From: Fimbriosthenelais zetlandica
Taxonomy: Eukaryota
DNA length: 64,000 nucleotides
Direction of reading: 5' to 3'
NCBI GenBank assembly: GCA_977030845.1
Contig: OZ365115.1
Span: 11,284,001-11,348,000 of the forward strand
Position numbers and translations under genes: made by a program. Each line of letters begins with the position of its first letter. Position 1 is the stretch's first letter. A model generated the notes under the pieces. The model did no database searches, had not been told where the DNA came from, and saw only the letters and a program-made list of their open reading frames with translations. Shown here piece after piece: positions 47,991-58,191 of the stretch.

Positions 47991-48779
47991 GTTGGCCATG
48001 AAAGTGGCCGTTTTTGCCGGAGCCAGGAAGCAGCGTTCATGGAACCTTAGCAGACGACTTTTTGCAGTGAATGACTTTGTCACTGGCTCTGACAGGAAAA
48101 GGGAAGATAAAATCTGGAGGGGAGTGAAGTGGGGGGCCGGAAAGGGGAAGAGGTGATTCAGTGGGAGGGAAAGGAAGGAGGTGGAAGGGAAGAGCTTTTG
48201 TTAATCACATCATTGTGTTGATGCGGCGCTTAATGTTAGCTCGATGACAGTTTGAGGTCCCAACAAGCTTCAACAAGAAAAAAAACTTGGATTGAGCAAA
48301 CCCCCAAATTCTAATGATTCTGAAATATTAAGTCCCTGTAGGCCTATGAGCCGATACCAACACATTGGGATAAGAATACCAAAAGTCGCCACTAATCTGA
48401 ACATTTTTAAACTCCTGGCTGAGTTTCTTGTAATATTTAAAGCATAAATAATTCAGGAATAATACAATATTTTACAGGTCATGCCCGATTTCTGGATAGA
48501 TTCACAACATAAAACTTGGAAGTCCAAATTTCAAATTGATAAAGTGAAGTTAAGTAAAGTAAAGTTGCTTCAATGCATGATTGTAGGCGTGATCTTCATC
48601 TGTGATCCTGACAATGCATTCACCCCACCCCACCAAAGCCCACGACCCGCACACATCCCCCACGTCCCCCATCCCACCTCCACACACCCCTCCCCTCACA
48701 TCACGAGGAGTTGATCTCCAGCCATTAATTATCCGCCGTCGATGAATCCCTCTTTACTCTAATCCACTCAATCCCAAAT

Positions 48780-48965
48780 TAATCCGTCTCCACGTGTTTT
48801 CCCGCCACGCCCGGATTATCACGCCGCCCAGATCACGTGCCCGTCACATGACTACCCACGTGATGTGATTGACCAATGAGCACGCCGCTTATCTGTAGGA
48901 CCACCTTTACCCGGCCACGTGACTTCCTCTTGTGAGGCGCGCTTGGCATGCTGGGAAACCACGCA
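48780..48965. promoter_or_regulatory. CpG-rich E-box/CCAAT cluster
   Basis: CACGTG at 48791, 48834, 48857, 48916; GTCACATGAC 48843; TGACCAATGAG 48870. Confidence 0.55.
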
Positions 48966-51849
48966 TAATGAGAATGTTAATTGCATGTTTCAATTACCCA
49001 ACCCTGCTTCATGACAGATGAATGCTTCCTAATTTGCATACGAAAATGATTTCCTTAAATACGATCCCCAAATATCGCCCAGATAAGATGGGGGGATTAA
49101 AAAGAAAATGGCGATCGCAATCTCGTGAGATTTTGAGGAATCACGCGTGGTGTGGCCTTCACGGAAAGCCTCTAAAACCAACTTTATGATATTTCATTGA
49201 GTCTTTCTTTTCTCACACTGAAAACGTCATTAAAATCTTGCAGTGAAACAAGAAAGTGGAGGAAATTTGGTGTTCTAATTTAAAGCCTCAATTCCTAATG
49301 CATTTCCATCCAAAAACGTCTGGAATTCGTCAGGGTGAGAGTAATAAATGAAGGTGATGTGTAGCCGGGTGTAAAATGAAGCCTTCAGTGCGCAGGCGTC
49401 ACCGGAAACGCGTCATCAATTTTAATTAGGCCATCATCGATGGGTGCAAACTGAAGTTGGCGGAGTGCCCGGTGAAGGGGACAGAGGCAGACGGGGTGTG
49501 ATTTCCTGAGAAAATATTTAGAAATGTTTTTGCGCTCATTTGGACTTAATTTGTTTTTTTGTGTGTTTGTTTGTTTTGACGTGAGAGAAGACAACATGTG
49601 ATCCGTTGAAAAAATGGATTTAAATGACAGAAGCTGCAATTGCCATGCAAAGAAGACAGAAAGTGAAGGAGATGCACACTGTAGGAAGTTTACCCCAGAC
49701 AAGAAGAAAATAAGACCAAATATTTGATAAAAATCGGTCACTTTTAATAAAATGTTCTCCATATAATTATATAGCCTACCTAAAACTTTCAGTCTGAGAA
49801 CAATAATTGATATAACAATTTATCAATTAATAAAAAAAACTAATAAACATCCATGAGTTGATAGTAAGAAGTATATAGAAAAGGGGCACTAGTACCGGAC
49901 TATATAGGCCTACAACACAGTCCAAACATCGTGTGTCCTCTAGTCGCAAACAAACCCATGTCTCATCGACCTAGTGACAAATCCTGGCTTCCAACCCCCT
50001 TGCCAAACTAAAACCCCATCCCCACCCACCCATATCCCACCCCACCCGATCAGATGCCAGAAACACGCATTGACCGTGGTCACCCAAGGGTTAAACATGC
50101 ATTGAGCCTGGTCACTCAAGTGTTAAACCCCCAACATTCACACCCACTAGTTCACAATGACTGGAAGAGGGTCCAGGGGAAATATGTTGTGATTTTTAAT
50201 GGGGAATAAATATTGAATAAATAAACAAAACAATGGAGCGAGGGAACGAGAGGAGTGCTAACATCTGGGAGGTACATTGAAAACATAAGGTTGGTTAAGG
50301 ATGGTGTGTCAAGGACAAAGAAGGAATCAAAATGTCATCTATCCCCACCAGGACCTTAATGTGTCGTATGTGGCTTTGAGCCGCTCTTTCCCAAGGTCTT
50401 CTGCGGCATGATTACAACATAAATGAACTTGGTATACCGATTTAAGAACCGATTTATACCATATGGCACGTCTTGCATCTTTCAACTCCAGTATATTCCC
50501 ACAAGCAAAGAGTTTCTAAACCCGAAATACTCCTTTTAATATTGACATTGAAATTTAAAAGATTTTTTAAGAAGAAATTGCAATTTGCTAAATTGTTGAG
50601 CTTGCTTTTCTGCACCACATAGTCCAAGTTATTTGCCTTACTTTTATGGTCATGAAGCCAAGCTACATGAATTGAATAAAGAACGTATTGTTAAATCTAT
50701 CATGGCAGTAATATCTGCAAATTGCTTTTACCAACAATTTGGGGGTACCAGCCAATGCAAAAGAACAATAACATAAATCTCTAGATTGATTGGCACATTT
50801 GTGCGTGGGTTATGATGATCTGAATGATCCCTGTTTATCAGACAGATCCCATTGATGCCATAATAATTGGGTAATAAAATCTGCACTGTCTATTTTTTCA
50901 CACAGGAGGTTTATTTTTACATCTAGACTGAAGGGCGGGTAGGTATTCAATTGGACTTAATGAAAGCGTTCATTTAATTAATAAAGTGCTTTGAAAATAT
51001 ACTTTTATGCACCAGCCACGATTTCAGATTTTGGTCTGAAATTCCCACATCAGCCTGCGGGGAGGGGCAGGGCATGATTATTGACTGGTACATTAGCGAT
51101 ATTGTAGGCCTAGCTGTTTAAGAATTCGCATCTAAATTAACACTTATCAGAGAGTTCACTCTACTGCTCTTTTCTACAATCATTAGGCCTATGAAACACC
51201 CCCGTGTTGTGCCCGTTTCAAAAGACATTGCAATAATTGGTAACAGTAATCATATGGCTAATATTTCTACACATATATAATTATATACCCCAGGAATATA
51301 GTTTTGCCAGGGGAATGTGTTAGATCTGGCGGCCACACTACAGTACTCCCTGGTAGAGTTTAATGAAATCTTTTCTAGATGACTTGCCCCCAAAGAGGAG
51401 TGACTGCTACAACTATGAGCCCCTAGTGGCGGCCAAGTGAACCACACCAGGCCCACGTAAACACGAGGACGAAGTCATGGATGTCTAGACAAAAGATGCA
51501 GTCACGTGATCCATGGTGGATGACCACCCAGCGAGGATCACACCCACAGCGACATGTAGGGGTCGCTATAGAGATGGTGAGGAGGGGGCTGGTTAAAAAA
51601 TAAAAAACAATAAAGAGGCACCCCACCCCGCAATTGTATACAGGTTAGTTATGGCAAATATCAAGCCTACCCGCTACATTTGAACAACAGTAGACATTAA
51701 TTTATATAGGACTACTGTGCATTTTGGGCCACCGTGTATTTTGTACTTTTTCCATTACCTCTCTTCTCCTACTTTTATTTGTTTAATTGTTCCCAAGTTT
51801 CTAAAATTGGTTCCCTTCAATCCCTTAATTCCTATCTCATTCGACTTCC

Positions 51850-52010
51850 CCAGCCTCTGTCCCTCCTTTCTTCGTTTCTTCTTTTCTCCTTACCTCCCTC
51901 CTCTCTCTCTCACTCCTCCCCTCATTGCCTCTCACTATCTCCCCATCCTTCCCCACTCGACCTACCCCACCTCCCCTCACACCTCCCGTCCACACCATAC
52001 TTCCTGATAT
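51850..52010. repeat. Polypyrimidine low-complexity tract
   Basis: C/T-rich on plus. Confidence 0.8.
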
Positions 52011-52966
52011 ACTTCTCAATGTTTCTCTTTCCGGTATGCTCCAGCAAACTTTCTGCCAGGACCCCCACCTTGTGAGCAGACCTGGAGTCACTTTGTTGTG
52101 CCCAGGTTTTCGGGGTCATTGCTCGCATGCCAAACATAATATAAGAACTTAACGCCTGGCTAGAATGTACCTATACTGGTAAAGGTAGGCGGGGGAGGGG
52201 GTGGGGGAGTTGGGGGTTGGGGGCGACCATTGTGCAACCAAGCATATCAAAATCCACAATCACTCAGGAGGAAATCAATTTGTTAAAACTTATCATTATT
52301 TATACACATTGCCAAATTCCTCTTTTATGAGTGATTACTCCGATCGCTGAACAATTTAATAATGTTGTGAGTGATATTTAGTCAAATTAAAATCAACATA
52401 AGAGGTAGTGTCAAAGAGTATGAATCATACACGTGCCACTTACAAGTTTCTGCATGAAAAGCATAATAATAAAATTATACATTCAAATTTAGTTCGTAAA
52501 TATTTCTGGACAATTTTGGCCGGATCTTTAAATTCATATTTGGATGATTTAATCGAAAAAATATCTTCCAGCTATACGCTGCGATATGCGTAGAACTACA
52601 TTAAAATATGTTTTTTTCAAATATAGTTGGTTTGTTGTTGATGTTTTTTTAGATTGTTTGTTTTCTTTTACAAATAATTGTCCTACCTGTGTCCATTATA
52701 GTCTCTTAAAGGAATCGGGTACAAACTTGTAATGAACGAAAATAGGTGTAGGATCCAATTAATGGATTGGATTGGTAGTTAAAATAATCCTTACTAGAAA
52801 TGACTGTTTAATCCCTTGCAATAAGCAAAGCAGAAGTCCCGAGTCTTTCCAGCATGAATCCAGGTCTGGAAATTATGGTCGGAAGCCTCACAGGATTGTG
52901 CAGTGGAAGAGGTCTGGGAGGTTATGGGAGAAGGAAGGGAGAGGAGGGGCAAAGAGCTATCAAAAT

Positions 52967-52980
52967 GTTGCCATGGTAAC
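52967..52980. promoter_or_regulatory. RFX X-box
   Basis: GTTGCCATGGTAAC, one mismatch from the palindromic consensus GTTGCCATGGCAAC. Confidence 0.6.
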
Positions 52981-53574
52981 TGGATCAGGGTATGGTGGTT
53001 GAGCACGAGTGGTGCCCTGGTCTGGTGGTGGTGGGTGGTGGGTGGTGGGCAGGGGAACACAGCAGTATGGACATCACCGTGGGAATATAATGAACATGTC
53101 AATAATGTAGGACATGGACTGTTAGGACCTTTATAAAACCATATTGGTCCATGGCAACTCGCATGGGACTTTGGCTTCTTAAAGTTCCTGTTATTTTCAG
53201 CTGGGTGTTTTTCTAAGTACTATGGTGTCATCTGTGTAACAGGAATTCCTCAGGTTGTACACGTACATATAGTTATACAATACACCCATGACCATGAGGA
53301 GGGAGGGTTGAAAATTATGTGGACGGCTCATGAATTGAACTGTCGAACCTACGGTCTTTCAGTTTGGAAAGACCCTCAATGACCTGTATCGTGTTCAAAC
53401 CATCTTGGCGATACATAGCATGTCTTAAAATCATCTAGTTGCACAAATAAAAAACACCTTTAATGAAACAGGAAAACACCTTTAGTTTTCTTTACAATGG
53501 GCATATTTTCGGAGGTCCCCTTCCGAAACTTCTTTTCATACGTATCTCTGAGATATTTTGGGGTATATATGTGT

Positions 53575-53730
53575 TTTTCCCTTCCCTCTCTGTCTCTCCA
53601 TTTCTTTTTCTGTCGCCCCCACCCCCCCCCCCCCCCCCAATGTAGGCCTATCTCTCTCCGCCCCCATCCCCTCTCTATCTTTTTCTTCTTCCTCTCTCTC
53701 TTCATTCATGGGTTTAATCCTTCCTCTTTT
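53575..53730. repeat. Polypyrimidine tract with C homopolymer
   Basis: C/T-rich with a long C run at ~53617-53638. Confidence 0.8.
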
Positions 53731-53749
53731 GTCTGACAGCGATCCTCTT

Positions 53750-54720
53750 ATACTCAATCCCGACCCATCCAACACCTTGATCCAACCAGAGGAAATCGAC
53801 GCGCCGCGCCTCCTGGAGACAACACCACAAACTCCCACTAATCTCCGTCCTCCAGTCTCGCTGCTACTGGTCACTTCCGGTCAGTTGAGTCCAGATAACA
53901 CCGGATTGTTCCCGATCGCCATGGTTACCTCCCGAGGGACGGTAGCGCCACCACGCGATCCAGTCGTAAATTAGTCGCCGGTTGCATTGCGAGATTTGAC
54001 GATAACGCCATCTCGAGGTTTGACGGAGCAACATGGAATGTTAACTGACCAATGAGCGTCCCCGGGGACGACTGGCGGCCAGGTAAGCAACTACTGATAG
54101 CCTCCATCTCACCCCGGAGGGTCACGTGGCCTGCTTGTCATGGATCACGTGATCCTTGTTAGCTTTGTTTTAGTTCATGACTTTGGGGACGGGAGAAAGT
54201 CAGCGGAAGGAGAGAAAAGGGAACTTAAAGGGTACAATCAAAGTAGGCCTACAGTACTCTACATTGGATGTGAGGTTTAAGATGGATTGTAAATTGTCCA
54301 TTTATAATGGGTTCCATCAAATTAAATACACATTTTTTTATGACCTTCGCAATCTGCAAGTAAAGCGCACAGTAGCAGTACTAGTGAGGCCACCTAGAGG
54401 CCTATCTGTGAAGTACACATCCTCCTCTGCCCGCTCACCCATCTCTAATGTTAATACACCTCACCCTGTTGATGCCATTTCCGGAATATCCCTCCTTACT
54501 TCCGCCTATTTATGACCTTGATCGATCAGCATGTCACATGATCACGATCCGAGCCCCTCGTGACCGGAAGTGCCCTACAAAACTGGCAAAGTCGCCTTCA
54601 CACGTGGCTGGCCGCCGGCACCGTGTCGCCACCTAGGGACAGCTAGTAAAAGCTGCTCTTTCCCTGCGGAGTCGTTTGCCTGGGTCCCAGAAGAGAGTGG
54701 ATCGTCCAACCGATCCATCC
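53750..54720. promoter_or_regulatory. CpG-rich promoter-like region
   Basis: GTCACTTCCGG 53870, X-box-like ATCGCCATGGTTAC 53915, YY1-like GAGATGGCG (minus, ~54007-54015), TGACCAATGAG 54046, CACGTG at 54123, 54146, 54601, CCGGAAGT near 54564. Confidence 0.5.
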
Positions 54721-55667
54721 CAGGTTAAGTGTGGCGGGAAAGGCCTGATAAGGATTCCCACGGTCGGTGCTCCAGGCATTCTAGGCTACAAGTAGAAGGC
54801 TCAGAGGTTGCACAAGTTGACAAATGACACTGCTAGGGTGTGGAGGCTAAGAGTGTCTAGGTGTGAGACTATTAAACCCCAGTAGACCACTTCTCTGAAG
54901 GCTATTTCTCTACCTTGGTATTTCTTTTTTGGGGAAAATACTTTATGTATACGGCTACTTTAGCAGATTATAGCCTATTACCTTTTCCTATGCATATATA
55001 TAATTATGGAACATATTTCTTAGGAATGTGCTCAGGAATATGCCAACACACATGAATATAGCCTTAGCAGCTGGCATGGCGTTAAATCACCATTCATTCA
55101 TTCCAACACACAAAGGATTGAAAGAGGCAGTGAAAGGTGCTTGGAAACCTCTTGAAAGCAAACAAGGCAAACATATCATAGGATGATGTTCTGCCGGGTG
55201 CTTTCTAACGTGCAGTAGGCCTATTATAGCTTGCAACAGATGTTCATCACGTGGAAGTGCTCAAAAAACACTCGGAGTAGCTAGGAAATTTGTGGCTTGG
55301 ACAATGTAACTCAGGAATAGAATGGTACCAACAACTTCAATAATCTGAATGAGCTGGCCATGTACCCATCTAAACAGAGATAACCGTGATAATAAAAGTA
55401 ACAAACGTATTATAAAGTATTGAGATGTGGAAGCTTCCTTTAACTTCACAATCACATTATTGTAAGACTGTTCAAGGTGCTGTCCTCTATGGCAAATCAC
55501 TGACACTAATATGGCACACCTAAGACGACACCAACTGGGCAACGAAGGAACTAAATAATTATATGCATTGAAGTAGGGACCTCTCTGGTCATGTTGTCAA
55601 AATGAAAGTATAATTAAATTGTAGGATATCGATTAATTCATAATTTTAAGATTTACTGAAGCTGCCA

Positions 55668-55673
55668 TTTATT
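55668..55673 (-). terminator. Candidate polyadenylation signal (AATAAA) of the ANL-like gene
   Basis: TTTATT on plus, about 450 nt downstream of the stop codon. Hexamer match only. Confidence 0.3.
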
Positions 55674-56125
55674 AGGGGGAGTTGCGTAGACCTTGTGACA
55701 ACAAATTAAATGCCAAGAAAAACATAGGCTATAGTGTATAGACCATAGACTGTATACTGACTATACACTGATTGACAATCCAATATAATGTAATTGAACG
55801 TCCCACTGCCCCAATATCAATAGTAAAATATAGTTAATGAATTAGCACCTTAGTTAACGAGTAACAATATCCATCTTTTCTGATAAATATAATCAGTAAT
55901 AAAGTGGCAATATGCACTGATAAATTAATAAAATTAGCACCAATATTAATGCCCATATGGAGGGATGTATTTGAGGGATGGTCCTGAAAGTCCACGGTAT
56001 AGTTTGCTCATTAAATTATAGAATATTCGCCACTAGTTCGTCCACTAGTTTCTGGTTATAAATGTTTGTTCTTGGCTTACATCCTTTTTATCAAGCAATT
56101 GTTTCTGTCAGTATACAATGTACTT

Positions 56126-58191
56126 TCAGAATTTGTCTTGGTTAATGAACCGTCTTAGGAACCTCTTCACCTTTGACTTCTTTTTCTCACCTCCTGTAGG
56201 ACTGGAAGTGTTCACTGCCTCTAAACTTCCAGCAGATAAATCTTGCACGGTTCCTATATCCCCTCCCCCACCAACCTCATGTCCCGCAAGATCGTGAACA
56301 CTGCGCGAAATCTCCGGCCGAAACTCACTGAGGTTAGATGTAAAAGGATTCCTAGAATCACTCCCGGCTTGCATTGAATCATTAGACTCATCTGATGCGG
56401 CCTGGGGCTTTTTGTCGATCACTAAATCAGGTGTTGACTTGAAGTGCCTCAACCCTCGTTTGTTTATACTAGGCGTGAACCTTGGCTCATGTTTTGGCAT
56501 CAGATTGAGGTTTTTAGTTGAGACATAATGACCGTAATTGTTGGTTGTGTAATGGGTGGGTGAGACTTCTAACCTAGGTCCCATCTTGGTGGGTGTCATA
56601 ATGCGATCAACCATTTTAACATTGCGTCTTGTGTTATAAAGTGGGTGGGCTAACCCTCGTGGACCATCCTGTACATCCATCGGTTTCTTTTCGGGAGTTT
56701 TCCTGACAACCAGAGCTCCCGTGATTGGATCCCGCACTAATTTAACCTGAGGTGGCCTCTGTCGCTTGCCGATTTCCGTCCTTAAGTGATTCTCAAATCT
56801 CCCAGTAGGTGTCATCGCTATCGGCCTTCCATGATGTCTCGGTGGTTCTGGTGTTTCCTCTGGAAGATAATCCTCAGTTTGTTCCTCTAATAATAACGAT
56901 GAGTGTTCGTCGTATATCTCAGACAGTGTGTAGACCTCTGTCTCTTCCACGGGGTTCCTGGTTTGGTCGATTTTAGTGATTTCATCCAGCATTATTGGGG
57001 TTGATATATCAATGTCTTTTACGACAACTTCCGAATCGGGAACGGGGGTGGAGGTCCGTAAGGGAGGCTGGTAGTTGTTGACCAGATCTGTGAGGAGTTC
57101 GTGTACTCCTGGGTTGGTCACTCTGATATGGTCCATTTTATCTTTCACATAGTAACTCTCATTCTCATCCATTTGATGTGCTTTAGGTAAAACTATGCTC
57201 AGCTCCTGGTCTATGCTATTAACAGACTCACCGAGACCATTGTCTGAGTTCTTTATGACGTCTGCTTTGATATGTTGTACTTGGTCATACCTCGTCTGTT
57301 CCTCTGAATTTCTGTGTTCGATATTATGATTTCCATTTTGATAGGGAAGGACAATTTCTCTCGTTTCTTGGACTTCTTCATGGGTCCAAGTCTCTTCCCA
57401 CTGCTCCTCCTTTTCCTCCTCCCCATCTTCCACTCCTTCCTCTAGCCCTTCTTCCTTCTGTTCATTTTCTACTTTGTTTATGTACTTATCTTCCACCTCT
57501 TCTTGAACCTCTTCTAGTGATCTTTCCTCATCCACAACCACTTTTTGCTCCTCTTCTTCCAGCTCTTCTTCTGCCTCTTCCTCCAACACCTCTAATTCTC
57601 TTTGCACCTCTTCCTCAATCTCTTCCTCCATCTCTTCTTCCTTTTCATCCTCCTCTATGATATCCATCAGTTGTATATCTGTATTATTATTACCATCCCC
57701 CAGCACTTTACCATAACCATATCCATCTACCTCATCATAACTGTTTATCACATCATATTCCTCCACTTCATCCCGATCCCTTGTGGTTATAAACCCATCC
57801 AGTCCTTCAACAAATGTTATAATCGGTGCATCTAGTTCGGGAGTCGTGGTATCAAGGGCGGAAAAATGAAGAAAATCAACCCCAAAATCTTCAAAGTCTT
57901 CCTCCTTGAATATGCCCTCCTGCCATTGCAGTGCTTCTGTTGACGTGTCTTCAGCTGTTTCTGGGGTGGGTTCAGACTCTTCAACAGCTTGTTTCCTCGC
58001 GTAGATTTCACCATCAGATTCATCGAGGTTACTGAAACTCTCACCAAGGTCATCCTCACCAAGGTCATCGAGGAAGGACTGGGCAGCGTCGGCACGCAGC
58101 TCATGACGTAGAAGTTCACCATAAGGTGATCTGGGTAAGGAACAGAGGAAGAGGACGCCTCCTCTCAACTTCTTATCCAGCGTTACCTGAT
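56126..58191 (-). CDS. Terminal exon: end of the ANL C-terminal subdomain plus ~650-aa Glu/Asp-rich low-complexity extension
   Basis: ORF track 56126..58210. Acceptor ttgcag at 58192 joins the phase-1 end of exon 58361 ([14 protein letters not shown]). 688 codons are open to the stop. Confidence 0.88.

Noticed and set aside
49385-49510. Minus-strand acceptor (ttttctcag at ~49507) followed by GC-rich sequence
   Set aside because: All three frames stop within ~40 codons and there is no donor. The homeodomain/Pbx-like motifs suggest a regulatory element.
57602-58122. ORFs 57602..57835 (+) and 57832..58122 (-)
   Set aside because: Shadow frames of the real 56126..58191 exon.
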